Assembly: GCA_035759925.1 (NCBI GenBank)
Contig: DASTTY010000043.1
Coordinates: forward strand, 9,389 to 73,388
Direction: 5' to 3'
DNA: 64,000 nt
Source: Solirubrobacterales bacterium
GTDB taxonomy: Bacteria > Actinomycetota > Thermoleophilia > Solirubrobacterales > 70-9
Shown: positions 47,864 through 57,285 of the stretch, one piece after another
Layout of the letters: each line of letters starts with the position of its first letter
Numbering within the stretch: the first letter of the stretch is position 1
Notes under the pieces: model-generated
Seen by the model: the letters and a program-made list of their open reading frames with translations, nothing else
What the model was told of the DNA's origin: nothing
The model's database searches: none
Program-made: the position numbers and the translations under genes

Positions 47864-48853
47864 TCAGTAGACGATCGCCAGGGCCAGGTAGTAGCCGGCA
47901 ACGATCGTGAACAGGACCGCGTCGAGGCGGTCGAGGAGGCCGCCGTGGGGGCCGAGCATGCGGCCCGTGTCCTTGACGTCGAGGTCGCGCTTGATCGCGG
48001 ACTCGAAGAGGTCGCCGAGCGGGGCGATCAGGGCGATGCAGAAGCCGAACAGGAGCGCCTCGGGGCCGCTCAGCCAATCCTGGTAGAGGCCGGCGAGCCA
48101 GAAGCCGAGGACGCCTCCGGCGGTGCCGAACAGAAGCCCCTCGATCGTCTTGTTGGGCGAGACCTGCGGCGCGAGCGGGCGCTGCCCGAACATCCGCCCG
48201 CCGAGGTAGGCGAAGGTGTCGGCGAAGAAGGTGGCGACGAGGACGTCGACGAGCAGCGCGCCGCCGTGCAGCGGCAACTCGCGGAGCAGCACCGCGTGGG
48301 CGAACGGCAGCCCCACCCAGACGAGGGCGAGCACCGTCACCGCGAGCGACCAGGTGACGTTGCTGAGCGACGGGCGGAGCAGCGCGAAGATCAGCATCAC
48401 CGGCACCGTCGCGACCAGCGCGAGGAGGATCTGGAAGGAGGACCCGAAGTAGGCCGCGGCGATCATTCCCGCCGTGCCGAGGAAGGCGGCAGCCTCGAAC
48501 GGCCGCGAACGGGCGGTCATCCGGAAGAGCTCGATCTGGGCAGCCCAGGCGAGCCCGACCATCGCGACCGCGAAGATCGGGCCGCCTGCGGCGACGATGA
48601 CGACCGCGAAGACGATCCACGGGATCGCCCAGAGCACGCGGGCAACCGTCTCCGAGCGGCGACCGCCGCGGCGGCGCATCCGCGGGCCCGGCCCGCGGCC
48701 GCGGCGGCGCGGCGCTTCCGGCTCGGCGGCGGGCTCGTACTCGCCGGTCTCCCCGGCATCGGCCGGTTCCGGTTCGACCGGCAGCGGCTCCTGTTCGGAC
48801 TGCCGGGCCTCCCGCCGCGGTCGCGACGAGCCGGGTCGGGGCGGGAAGTCCAT
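47864..48853 (-). CDS. cdsA: phosphatidate cytidylyltransferase
   Basis: 329 aa. Multi-TM CTP-transferase with C-terminal motif SAIKRDLDVKDTGRMLGPHGGLLDRLD. The roughly 58-aa charged N-extension may be spurious (alternative ATG at 48679). Confidence 0.8.
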   Translation of the reverse strand: MDFPPRPGSSRPRREARQSEQEPLPVEPEPADAGETGEYEPAAEPEAPRRRGRGPGPRMRRRGGRRSETVARVLWAIPWIVFAVVIVAAGGPIFAVAMVGLAWAAQIELFRMTARSRPFEAAAFLGTAGMIAAAYFGSSFQILLALVATVPVMLIFALLRPSLSNVTWSLAVTVLALVWVGLPFAHAVLLRELPLHGGALLVDVLVATFFADTFAYLGGRMFGQRPLAPQVSPNKTIEGLLFGTAGGVLGFWLAGLYQDWLSGPEALLFGFCIALIAPLGDLFESAIKRDLDVKDTGRMLGPHGGLLDRLDAVLFTIVAGYYLALAIVY

Positions 48854-48926
48854 CCCGCGAGCCTATCCGCGGTCGCAGTGGCGGCGGGCGGGCGGCGGCG
48901 CCACTTGCAACGTCACGCGCCCGCGG

Positions 48927-49628
48927 TCAGCGATCGGAGTCGCGGGCACCGAAGCGGCGTCGCCGCGAGCCGTACTCGCGCAGCGCCCGCTCGAGCTCCG
49001 CACGATCGAAATCGGGCCACAGGCAGTCGCTGAAGTGAAGCTCCGAGTAGGCGCTCTGCCAGAGCAGGAAGTTCGACAGCCGCTGCTCGCCGCTCGTCCG
49101 GATCACGAGCTCCGGGTCGGACATGTCGGGTGCGTAGAGGAGCTTCGCGAACGCGTCCTCGCCGCCGCCTTCGTAGCGCGCGGCGGCGTCGAGGATCTCG
49201 GCGCGGCCGCCGTAGTTGAAGGCGACGAACAGCAGCAGCCGCGTGTTGGCCCGCGTCTCCGCCTCGGCCCAGTCCATCTGCTCGAGGAGGCGGTCGGAGA
49301 CGCCCCGGCGGCTGCCGACGAAGCGCATCCGCACTCCCTCCTCGTCGAGCTCCGGCGTCTCGGAGACGATCAGCTCGGCGAACATCTCCATCAGTCCGGC
49401 GACCTCGTCCTCGGGCCGTGACCAGTTCTCGGTCGAGAACGCATAGACGGTCAGCTCGCGGATCCCCAGCGCGACCGCGTCCATGACCGTCTGCTTCATC
49501 GTCTTGGCGCCGCGGCGATGGCCCTCGAGCACCGGCAGGCCGCGCTCGGTCGCCCAGCGCCCGTTGCCGTCCATGATGATCGCGACGGAGGTCGCGCCGG
49601 CTCCGCCGGAGGGCTCCGCGGCGGTCAT
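48927..49628 (-). CDS. uppS: isoprenyl transferase (cis-prenyl diphosphate synthase, UppS family)
   Basis: 233 aa. Motifs IIMDGNGRWA, FSTENWSRP and RTSGEQRLSNFLLWQ. Confidence 0.9.
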   Translation of the reverse strand: MTAAEPSGGAGATSVAIIMDGNGRWATERGLPVLEGHRRGAKTMKQTVMDAVALGIRELTVYAFSTENWSRPEDEVAGLMEMFAELIVSETPELDEEGVRMRFVGSRRGVSDRLLEQMDWAEAETRANTRLLLFVAFNYGGRAEILDAAARYEGGGEDAFAKLLYAPDMSDPELVIRTSGEQRLSNFLLWQSAYSELHFSDCLWPDFDRAELERALREYGSRRRRFGARDSDR

Positions 49629-49629
49629 C

Positions 49630-50196
49630 TCAGACGGTCAGGATCTCCTCTTCCTTGCCCTTGACGAGGGTGTCGATCTCCCCCACCGCAGCGTCGGTCA
49701 GCTTCTGCAGCTCGGCCTCGGCGCGGTGCTCCTCGTCCTCGCCGACGTCGCCGTCCTTCTTCATCTCCCGCATGTCGCCGTTGACGTCGCGGCGGATGTT
49801 GCGGACCGCGACGCGGCCCTCCTCGGCGACGCCGTGGATCACCTTGACCATCTCGCGGCGGCGCTCCTCGGTCATCTCCGGGATCTGCAGGCGGATCACG
49901 TTGCCGTCGTTGTTCGGGGTCAGCCCGACGTCGGACTCGTTGATCGCCTTCTCGATCGCGCTCAGCGCTCCCTTGTCGTAGGGGGTGATCGTGAGCAGCC
50001 GGGCATCGGCCGCGGCGACGTTCGAGAGCTGGTTGAGCGGCGTCTCGGTCCCGTAGTAGTCGACGACGATCCGGTCGAGCAGGTGCGGTGAGGCGCGGCC
50101 AGTGCGGACCGTCGCGAGCTCGCCGCGGGTCGTCTCGACGGACTTCGTCATCCGCTCCCCCGCATCGGCCAGCAGCTCGTCGATCAGCTCGTTCAA
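49630..50196 (-). CDS. frr: ribosome recycling factor
   Basis: 188 aa of canonical RRF sequence (ATVRTGRASPHLLDRI). Confidence 0.95.
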   Translation of the reverse strand: MNELIDELLADAGERMTKSVETTRGELATVRTGRASPHLLDRIVVDYYGTETPLNQLSNVAAADARLLTITPYDKGALSAIEKAINESDVGLTPNNDGNVIRLQIPEMTEERRREMVKVIHGVAEEGRVAVRNIRRDVNGDMREMKKDGDVGEDEEHRAEAELQKLTDAAVGEIDTLVKGKEEEILTV

Positions 50197-50948
50197 GGGC
50201 CTTGCTCCTCTCGATTCGAAGACACGACGGTGCCGACCCGCTCTCCGCGGACGATCCTATCTATGTTCGATTCGTCCCCCATGTTGAAGACGTGGATCGG
50301 GAGGTCGTTGTCCATGCAGAGCGAGAGCGCCGTCGAGTCCATGACCTTGAGGCCCCGCTCGATCGCCTCGCGGTGCGTGATCGCGGGCAGGAAGCGGGCA
50401 TCGGGGACCTCGGCCGGGTCGGCGTCGTAGACGCCCTCGACCCCGTGCTTGGCCATCAGGATCGCCTCGGCGTGGATCTCGAGGGCGCGCAGCGATGCGG
50501 CGGTGTCGGTCGTGAAGAACGGGTTGCCCGTGCCGGCGGCGAAGATCACGACCCGGCCCTTCTCGAGGTGGCGCATCGCGCGGCGGCGGATGTAGGGCTC
50601 GGCGACCTCGCTGACCTCGATCGCCGACATCACCCGGGTGTCGGTCCCCTGCTTCTCGAGCGCGTCCTGGAGCGTCAGCGCGTTGAGGACGGTCGCGAGC
50701 ATCCCCATGTAATCCGCGGTCGCCCGGTCCATCCCTGCGGCGACGCCCTGCAGGCCGCGGTAGATGTTGCCGGCGCCGACGACGATCGCGATCTCGACAC
50801 CGCTGTTGCGGACGTCGGTGACCTGCTCGGCGATCCGCTGAACGCGCTCGTGATCGGTGCCGTAGTCGAGCTCGCCCATCAGGGCTTCGCCCGAGAGCTT
50901 CAGCATGATCCGGTCGAAGACCCTGCCGTCGCTCTCCTCGCTGGCCAT
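50193..50948 (-). CDS. pyrH: UMP kinase
   Basis: ATG 50948 inside the 284-aa ORF; 251 aa. Motifs KLSGEALMG, VVGAGNIYRG and IFAAGTGNPFFTTDTAA. Confidence 0.9.
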   Translation of the reverse strand: MASEESDGRVFDRIMLKLSGEALMGELDYGTDHERVQRIAEQVTDVRNSGVEIAIVVGAGNIYRGLQGVAAGMDRATADYMGMLATVLNALTLQDALEKQGTDTRVMSAIEVSEVAEPYIRRRAMRHLEKGRVVIFAAGTGNPFFTTDTAASLRALEIHAEAILMAKHGVEGVYDADPAEVPDARFLPAITHREAIERGLKVMDSTALSLCMDNDLPIHVFNMGDESNIDRIVRGERVGTVVSSNREEQGP

Positions 50949-50967
50949 CGACGTCACGGGAGCCGGG

Positions 50968-51582
50968 TCAGTCCTCCGCCCCGACCTCGAAGCGGGCGAA
51001 GCGGGCGATCCTGATGTTCTCCCCGGTCTTCGCCGAGGCCTCGGCACGGAGCTGCTCGATCGTCTTGCTCTCGTGCTTGTCGGCGTTGACGTGCGGCTGG
51101 TCGAGCAGCGCGACCTCCTTGCGCCACTTCGCGAGCTGTCCCTCGACGATCCGCTCGCGGACGTCCTCGGGCTTGCCCTCCTCGGCGGCCTTCTGCTCGA
51201 AGACAGCCCGCTCGGCCGCCTCCTCGTCGGCGGGGACGTCGTCGGCGGCCACGTAGCGGGGTGCCGCCGCCGCGATGTGCAGTGCGACCTCGGCGGCGAA
51301 CGCCTTGAAGTCGTCGTTGCGGGCGACGAAATCGGTCTCGCACTGGATCTCGACGAGGGCGCCGATCTTGCCGGTCGCGTGGATGTAGGAGGCGACGATC
51401 CCCTCGCTCGTGCTGCGGCCGCTGCGCTTGGCGGCCGATGCCTGCCCCTTGACGCGAAGCAGCTCGATCGCCTTGTCGATGTCGCCGTCGGCCTCGGTCA
51501 GTGCCGACTTGCAGTCCATCATCGCGGCGCCGGTCCGCTCCCGGAGCGCCTTGACGTCGGCCGCCTTGATCGCCGGGCTCAC
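50968..51582 (-). CDS. tsf: elongation factor Ts (short form)
   Basis: 204 aa. Motifs LRERTGAAMMDCKSAL and EIQCETDFVARN. The GTG start overlaps the rpsB stop (GTGA). Confidence 0.9.
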   Translation of the reverse strand: MSPAIKAADVKALRERTGAAMMDCKSALTEADGDIDKAIELLRVKGQASAAKRSGRSTSEGIVASYIHATGKIGALVEIQCETDFVARNDDFKAFAAEVALHIAAAAPRYVAADDVPADEEAAERAVFEQKAAEEGKPEDVRERIVEGQLAKWRKEVALLDQPHVNADKHESKTIEQLRAEASAKTGENIRIARFARFEVGAED

Positions 51583-52589
51583 TTCTCGCCACCCTCGCTC
51601 GCGCCGCTCGCGGCCGGGGCGGCCTGACCCTCCGCCGCCTCGCCGGCGGGAGCCGCGGCCGGCTTCGGAGCGGCCTTCTCGGCCGGCTTCTCGGGCTTCG
51701 CGGCCGCCGGCTCGGCCTTGGCAGCGGCATCGGGCTGCTTGGCGCCCTCCTGCTGCGCGGCCTCGGCCTCCGCCTTGGCCGCCTCCTCGGCAGCCTTGCG
51801 CGCCTCTTCCTCCTCGCGCTTCTTGCGCTGCTCCTCCTCGCGCTTGCGACGCTCTTCCTCCTCACGCTTGCGGCGCGCCTCCTCGGCCTGCTGGTAGGCG
51901 GTGGCGGAGGTCAGGATCGCGGCGCCGAGCGTGCTCACGATCAGCTCGCAGGAGCGGATCGCGTCGTCGTTGCCGGGGATGACGTACTCGATCGGGCGCG
52001 GGTCGCAGTTGCTGTCGACGAGCGCGACGATCGGGATCCCGAGCCGGGTCGCCTCGTTGACGGCGATCTCCTCGGCGTTCAGGTCGATCACGAACATCGC
52101 ATCGGGCGGACGCTGCATGTCGCGGACGCCGCCGAGGTTGTACTCGAGCTTGCGGAGCTCGGCCTCGCGGGCCATCCGCTCCTTCGTCGGCAGCAGCTCG
52201 AGCTGGCCGTTCGCCTCGAGCTCGGTCAGCTCGTGAAGCCGCTTGATCCGCTTCGAGATCGTCCCGAAGTTCGTCAGCAGCCCGCCCAGCCAGCGACGGC
52301 TGACGTAGGGCATGCCGGTCTTCTCGGCCCACTCCTCGATCGTGTCGCGGGCCTGCTTCTTGGTCCCGACGAAGAGGACCTTGCCGCCGCGTCCGGCGAC
52401 GTCGGAGGTGAAGTCACGCGCCGCCGCGAGCAGCTCCTCGGTCTGGAGCAGGTCGATGATGTGGATGCCGTCGCGCTCGCCGCGGATGTAGCGCCGCATC
52501 GCCGGGTCCCAGCGCCGGGTCTGGTGCCCGAAGTGGACGCCCGCCTCGAGCAGCTCCTTGATGCCGATGTCGGCATTTGAGTCGGTCAT
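51579..52589 (-). CDS. rpsB: 30S ribosomal protein S2 with about 100-aa Lys/Glu/Ala/Pro-rich C-terminal extension
   Basis: ATG 52589 inside the 400-aa ORF; 336 aa. Motifs LLEAGVHFGHQTRRWDP and VDSNCDP. AAGGGA SD-like sequence upstream. Confidence 0.9.
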   Translation of the reverse strand: MTDSNADIGIKELLEAGVHFGHQTRRWDPAMRRYIRGERDGIHIIDLLQTEELLAAARDFTSDVAGRGGKVLFVGTKKQARDTIEEWAEKTGMPYVSRRWLGGLLTNFGTISKRIKRLHELTELEANGQLELLPTKERMAREAELRKLEYNLGGVRDMQRPPDAMFVIDLNAEEIAVNEATRLGIPIVALVDSNCDPRPIEYVIPGNDDAIRSCELIVSTLGAAILTSATAYQQAEEARRKREEEERRKREEEQRKKREEEEARKAAEEAAKAEAEAAQQEGAKQPDAAAKAEPAAAKPEKPAEKAAPKPAAAPAGEAAEGQAAPAASGASEGGEK

Positions 52590-52764
52590 TGAGTTCCCTT
52601 GTCTTCGTGAGGTTCCGGTCGGTGGAGCCGTCGCGGGGACCCGGCGCAATGCCGGGCAGGGCCCGCGATCACTCGGCGACCGCTTCGTTTCGCGCTGCGA
52701 GTCTAGATGATCGATCCCAAACCCCCACGCACGCGGATGAACCACCGGACGCGGCGCACCTCGT

Positions 52765-52813
52765 CGTCCTCGTCGGCTCACGGCCTTCCAGGCCGCTTCG
52801 CCTCCTGCGTCCT
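52765..52813. repeat. conserved intergenic element, copy 2
   Basis: Reads CGTCCTCGTCGGCTCAC, then GGCC-TTCCA-GGCC, then GCTTCGCCTCCTGCGTCCT. Both arms are identical to copy 1 (29370-29416). It lies in the 300-nt rluD-rpsB spacer. Confidence 0.8.
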
Positions 52814-52888
52814 CGATCTGCTTGGTCCGGCGGTCCTCCGCGCACGCGGGGGACCGGAATCGACCATCTGGACCGCCCGCGGCGGGGC

Positions 52889-53569
52889 TCAGGGGCGGCG
52901 CGCCTGCTCGAGCGCCGACTCGAGGTCGACGGCGAGCTCGCTGACGAACTCGATCCTGCCGCCCGCGAACGGATGCTCGAACGCGAGGTGGCGGGAGTGG
53001 AGGAACTGGCGGGCGAGCCCGTAGCGCGGCCCGGAGCCGTACTGGGGGTCACCGACGACCGGGTTGCCGATCGCCTCGAGATGGGCGCGGATCTGGTGGG
53101 TGCGGCCGGTCTCGAGGCGGATGTCGAGGAGCGATTCCCGGGGCAGCCGCTCGCGGACCTCGAAGTGGGTCACCGCCGGGCGTGGGCGGCGTCCGCCGAC
53201 CACGACCCGCTCCGGGGCACGGTGGTCGCGGCCGAGGGGCGCGTCGATCCGGCCGGTCCGCGAGGGCGGGCAGCCCTCGACGAGGGCGACGTACTCGCGG
53301 GTGACCTCACGGGCGGCGATCATCGCGCTCAGCGCCTTGTGAGCCTCCGGGCCGCGGGCGACGACCAGCAGCCCCGACGTCTCACGGTCGAGCCGGTGGA
53401 CGATCCCGGGCCGGTCGGGGTCGGTGCCGCCGCCCAGCAGCGGGCCGAGCTCCTCGACGAGGGAAGGTCCCGGATTGCCGGGGGCCGGATGGACGAGCAG
53501 TCCGGCCGGCTTGTCGACGACCGCGAGCGACTCGTCCGACCAGACGACGAGCGGCCGGTCGGCGCTCAA
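52889..53569 (-). CDS. rluD: RluA/RluD-family pseudouridine synthase (no S4 domain)
   Basis: TTG 53569 overlaps the lspA stop (TTGA) and is tentative; 226 aa. Motifs VVDKPAGLLVHP, catalytic HRLDRETSG, and GRTHQIRAH. Confidence 0.8.
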   Translation of the reverse strand: MSADRPLVVWSDESLAVVDKPAGLLVHPAPGNPGPSLVEELGPLLGGGTDPDRPGIVHRLDRETSGLLVVARGPEAHKALSAMIAAREVTREYVALVEGCPPSRTGRIDAPLGRDHRAPERVVVGGRRPRPAVTHFEVRERLPRESLLDIRLETGRTHQIRAHLEAIGNPVVGDPQYGSGPRYGLARQFLHSRHLAFEHPFAGGRIEFVSELAVDLESALEQARRP

Positions 53570-54075
53570 CCCGACCCCGGGTCCGGCCGCGGCGGCCCGG
53601 CGGATCCCGGCTTCGGCTCGGGCTCGGCGGTCTCGCCGAACACATAGATCCAGACCAGGATCACGACTCCGACGGTGATCTCGACGTCGGCGAGGTTGAA
53701 CGCCGGCCACGGTCCGATGTCGATGAAATCGGTGACGGCCCCCTGATGGATCCTGTCGATCAGGTTGCCGACGGCGCCGCCGGCGAGCAGTCCGATCGGG
53801 AGCCAGAGGCCGCGCCGGTCGGAGGCGGTCAGGAAGACGGCGAGCAGGGACGCGAACGCGACCGCGGCGAGGACGAGGACGAACGACCCGGCATCGTCGA
53901 GGAGGCCGAACGCGATCCCGCGGTTGCCGACGTGGACGAGGTCGACGCCGGGCAGCAGGTCGACCCGCTCGCCCGCGGACAGGCCGCCGCGGACGAGCGC
54001 CTTGGTGAGCTGGTCGAGCGCCAGCGCGATCACCGCGACCAGCAGCGCCCGGCCGTATCCGGGCCGGCGCGTCAC
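53566..54075 (-). CDS. lspA: lipoprotein signal peptidase (signal peptidase II)
   Basis: 169 aa with four TM segments. Motifs NRGIAFG, GGAVGNLIDR and VTDFID. Confidence 0.85.
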   Translation of the reverse strand: MTRRPGYGRALLVAVIALALDQLTKALVRGGLSAGERVDLLPGVDLVHVGNRGIAFGLLDDAGSFVLVLAAVAFASLLAVFLTASDRRGLWLPIGLLAGGAVGNLIDRIHQGAVTDFIDIGPWPAFNLADVEITVGVVILVWIYVFGETAEPEPKPGSAGPPRPDPGSG

Positions 54076-54392
54076 CCGTTGATCAGCCCGACGACGATCG
54101 CGCGCGCCACGAACAGGAGCAGGAGGCCGACCATCGGGCTCAGGTCGAGCGACATGCCGCCGGCTCCGATCGGCGGCATGAACCGGCGCAGCGCGTTCAG
54201 GAACGGCGAGGTCGTCTCGTCGATGAAGCCGGTGACCGCCCGAAGCGGCGTGTTGTAGGGCAGCGAGCCGCGGAAGTTGACGTACCAGGAGATCGCCACC
54301 GACGCGATGACGAGGATGATGAAGACGAGGAATAGCGAGTCGACGAACTGGGCGACGTCGTTGCGGTCGATCGCGGCGAGGACTGCGCTCAT
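54072..54392 (-). CDS. yggT: YggT-family membrane protein
   Basis: ATG 54392 inside the 368-aa ORF; 106 aa. Two TM helices with YggT-like motif (FIDETTSPFLNALRRFMPPIGGMSLDLSPM region). ATGA overlap with the proC stop. Confidence 0.75.
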   Translation of the reverse strand: MSAVLAAIDRNDVAQFVDSLFLVFIILVIASVAISWYVNFRGSLPYNTPLRAVTGFIDETTSPFLNALRRFMPPIGAGGMSLDLSPMVGLLLLFVARAIVVGLING

Positions 54393-55168
54393 CGCCGGCC
54401 CGCCATCCGTTCCAGCGAGGCGTCGACGGCCGCCTTGAACGCCGCGTGGACGTCGCGCTCGGCGAGCTCGTCGAGGCCCGCCTCGGTGCTGCCCCCGGGC
54501 GAGGCGATCGCTTCCTGCATCGGGCGGGGCTCGTGGGTCAGCAGATGGTGGCCGACGCCGGCGGTGGCCTCGCTGACCAGCCTCGAGCTGAGCTCCGCGT
54601 CGAGCCCCGCCTCGACCCCGGCCTCGATCAGGGCCTCGACGGCGAGCGCGATGTATGCGGGGGCGCAGCCCATCACCGCGGTCGCTGGATCGAGCTCGTC
54701 TTCCTCGACCTCGAAGACGCTCCCGAGCGAGCCGAGCAGCGCCAGCGCCTCGCCGAGGACGCCGGAGCGCTCGTCGGCGCCGAGCGGCGTGTGGCAGATG
54801 ACCCCGCGCCCGACTTCGACCGCGAGGTTCGGCATCGTCCGCAGGACCGGCGTCGGCGCCAGGGCCGGGACGAGAGTCGCGAGCGGGGTCGCGCCGAGCA
54901 CCGAGATGACGCCTCCCGGCCGTCCGGCGATCTTCGGCGCCACGTCGTCGAGGGCGGCGGGCTTGACCGCGAGGACGACGAGGTCGGCCCGGTCGGCAAG
55001 ATCCTCGAGCGAGCCGAGGCGGTGCCCGCCGACCTCTGCAGCGAGGCTCTCGGCCCGCCCCGATCCGGAGTCGGTGAACAGCATCGACGCGGGTCGCAGC
55101 GACGCCCGTGCCCAGCCCCTGGCGAGGGCGGCGGCCATGTTTCCCGATCCTGCGAAGCCGACTTCCAT
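54389..55168 (-). CDS. proC: pyrroline-5-carboxylate reductase
   Basis: 259 aa. Rossmann motif FAGSGNMAAALARGW and C-terminal IASPGGSTEAGL. Confidence 0.85.
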   Translation of the reverse strand: MEVGFAGSGNMAAALARGWARASLRPASMLFTDSGSGRAESLAAEVGGHRLGSLEDLADRADLVVLAVKPAALDDVAPKIAGRPGGVISVLGATPLATLVPALAPTPVLRTMPNLAVEVGRGVICHTPLGADERSGVLGEALALLGSLGSVFEVEEDELDPATAVMGCAPAYIALAVEALIEAGVEAGLDAELSSRLVSEATAGVGHHLLTHEPRPMQEAIASPGGSTEAGLDELAERDVHAAFKAAVDASLERMAGRR

Positions 55169-55208
55169 CGGCCCCCAAGACTAGATCAGGGGACTTCGGA
55201 GGCCCCGC

Positions 55209-55769
55209 TCAGGACTGGTTGAAGAAGCCTTTCTCGACGAGCCGGGCCTTCTCCTCGGCGGAGACCTCGACGTTCGCCGGGGTCAGCATGAAGGTCTTGT
55301 CGGCGATCTTCTGCATGCCGCCGTCGAGGGCGTAGGTGAGCCCGGAGCTGAAGTCGATCAGACGCTTCGAGAGGTCGGCGCTCGTCGATTGGAGGTTGAG
55401 GATCACCGGGACGTTGTGCTTGAAGCGGTCCGCGACCTCCTGGGCGTCGTTGAAGTTGCGCGGGGTCACGAAATGGACCTGCACGTCGGCGCCGCCGTCG
55501 GCCACCGGCCGGAGGTTGCGCCGCCGGCGTGGCGGGGCGTCGTCGGCGAAGATGTCGTCGATGTCGTCGGCGGGCTCGTCACGGCGCAGCCGGCGGACGT
55601 TCGAGGGCGGCGGCGCGGGCTCGCGACGGCGGCGCGAGGGGGGCGGCACCGCCTCCTCGCTGATCGTGTCGGGCTCGTAGGGGTCGTACTCGTCCTCGTA
55701 GCGGTAGTTGGGGTCCTCGGCGAGTCCGAAGTAGACGAGGGCTCTGTTCCATGTGTCGCGTACGGCCAT
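55209..55769 (-). CDS. sepF: cell division protein SepF
   Basis: ATG 55769 inside the 248-aa ORF; 186 aa. N-terminal MAVRDTWNRALVYFGL and C-terminal SepF core (PVILNLQSTSADLSKRLIDFSSGLTYALDG). Confidence 0.85.
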   Translation of the reverse strand: MAVRDTWNRALVYFGLAEDPNYRYEDEYDPYEPDTISEEAVPPPSRRRREPAPPPSNVRRLRRDEPADDIDDIFADDAPPRRRRNLRPVADGGADVQVHFVTPRNFNDAQEVADRFKHNVPVILNLQSTSADLSKRLIDFSSGLTYALDGGMQKIADKTFMLTPANVEVSAEEKARLVEKGFFNQS

Positions 55770-55891
55770 GTGGCGCTCTCTTTCGCCTGCTCGCGGCGAT
55801 GTCCTGCGCCCGCAGTATGACGCCAACCGGGGGCGGACGGTAGCCCTCCCCGGCACTGCCACCCCGCTTGCAGCCGCGCTACGAGCCTGTC

Positions 55892-56524
55892 TCAGCCGAA
55901 CAGGATCGAGCCGATCCGGATCGTCGTCGCCCCCTCGTCGACGGCGACGCGCCAATCCTGGGTCGTCCCCATCGAGAGCCGCGACAGCCCGTGCTCGCCC
56001 GCGAGCTCGGCGAGCCGGGCGAAGTACGGCCGCGACGCCTCGGGATCGTCGCTGAACGGCGGCATCGTCGAGAGGCCGACGACGCGGACCGGACAGGCGT
56101 CGATCGCCGCCCCGAGCGCGGCCGGATCGACGCCGCCCTTGCCCTCCTCGCCGGCGACGTTGACCTGGATCAGCACCTCGGTCGAGTCGTCGCCGTGCTT
56201 GCCGAGCTGGCGCATGACGCTGTCGCTGTGGACCGAGTGGATCAGCCGGACCCGCGGCAGGACGTCGCGGACCTTGCGGCTCTGGAGGTTGCCGATGAAG
56301 TCCCAGGTGAACGAGTCGCGCCAGCGCTCCTGCTTGTCGACGAGATCGTTGAGGCGGTTCTCGCCGACCAGCTCCACCCCGGCCTCGGCGAGTGCCCCCA
56401 TCTCGGCGCTCGGGACGTACTTGCAGGCGACGAGGATCTCGGTCACCGCCGGCACCTCGGCGCGGACGGCCGAGAGGTTCTCGGCGACGCGACCGGGATC
56501 GATGTCGCGGAACGGCTCGACCAT
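55892..56524 (-). CDS. yggS: YggS-family pyridoxal-phosphate homeostasis protein
   Basis: ATG 56524 inside the 446-aa ORF; 210 aa. PLP-Lys context ILVACKYV, plus FIGNLQSRK and LSMGTTQDW. Confidence 0.85.
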   Translation of the reverse strand: MVEPFRDIDPGRVAENLSAVRAEVPAVTEILVACKYVPSAEMGALAEAGVELVGENRLNDLVDKQERWRDSFTWDFIGNLQSRKVRDVLPRVRLIHSVHSDSVMRQLGKHGDDSTEVLIQVNVAGEEGKGGVDPAALGAAIDACPVRVVGLSTMPPFSDDPEASRPYFARLAELAGEHGLSRLSMGTTQDWRVAVDEGATTIRIGSILFG

Positions 56525-57261
56525 CACGCCGCCGTGACGATCCCGGCCTGCCGGCCCGTCTCGGGCCCCTCGCCGCGGTGCGAGAAGAACGTCTCGCCCT
56601 CGCAGCGCGTGCAGATCCCGCTGTCCTCGACCGCCGTGACGCCGGCCCGCTCGAGGAGCCGGCGGGCCACCTCCTTGAGGTCGAGCATCCGGCCCTCGGC
56701 GAGGCCCGAGCCGAGCGGCGCGAAGGCGGCCAGGACCTCGTCCCCGACCTCGTAGCAGCACGGCCCGATCCCGGGGCCGATCGCCGCCGCCTCCGCGTCG
56801 ACCGCAGCGGCGCCGGAGCCGACGATGCCGCCGGCGAGGCCCCGCCACCCGCAGTGGAGCATCGCCAGCCCGTCCGGGCCCGCCAGCGCGATCGGCAGGC
56901 AGTCGGCGACGAAGACGAGGGCGGCGAGCCCGGAGCGATCGACGACGTGCCCGTCCAGCTCGGGCGGGGCAGCGGCCGGATCGGGCCACAGCGACGGCTG
57001 CTGGGCCTTTTCGTGACGCGCGATCGCAGTTGCGTGGACCTGACGCCCGATCACGACCCTGCCGGGGTCGATCCCGGTCGCGGCACAGAGCCGGACCCGG
57101 TTGGCGACGACCCGATCGCGATCGTCGCCGGTCAGGATCCCGAGGTTGAGGCTGCGCCACGGACCCTCGCTGACGCCGCCGAGCCGGGTCGAGAAGACGG
57201 CGCGAGCGCCCGGGAGGCAGGCCTCGAGCCATCTCGTTCCCTCACCTTCGCGCCAGTCCAT
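56524..57261 (-). CDS. pgeF: peptidoglycan editing factor PgeF / YfiH (DUF152, laccase-domain protein)
   Basis: 245 aa. Motifs VFSTRLGGVS, FVADCLPI, HCGWRG and CTRCEGETFFSHR. Confidence 0.8.
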   Translation of the reverse strand: MDWREGEGTRWLEACLPGARAVFSTRLGGVSEGPWRSLNLGILTGDDRDRVVANRVRLCAATGIDPGRVVIGRQVHATAIARHEKAQQPSLWPDPAAAPPELDGHVVDRSGLAALVFVADCLPIALAGPDGLAMLHCGWRGLAGGIVGSGAAAVDAEAAAIGPGIGPCCYEVGDEVLAAFAPLGSGLAEGRMLDLKEVARRLLERAGVTAVEDSGICTRCEGETFFSHRGEGPETGRQAGIVTAA

Positions 57262-57285
57262 CGCCGAGACGATTCCAGATCGCCG

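Noticed and set aside
53570-53710. An N-terminal extension of the pseudouridine synthase, considered as a possible S4 domain.
   Set aside because: The extension is Arg-rich, lacks any S4 motif, and overlaps the lspA C-terminal coding region. TTG 53569 with TTGA coupling is more plausible.
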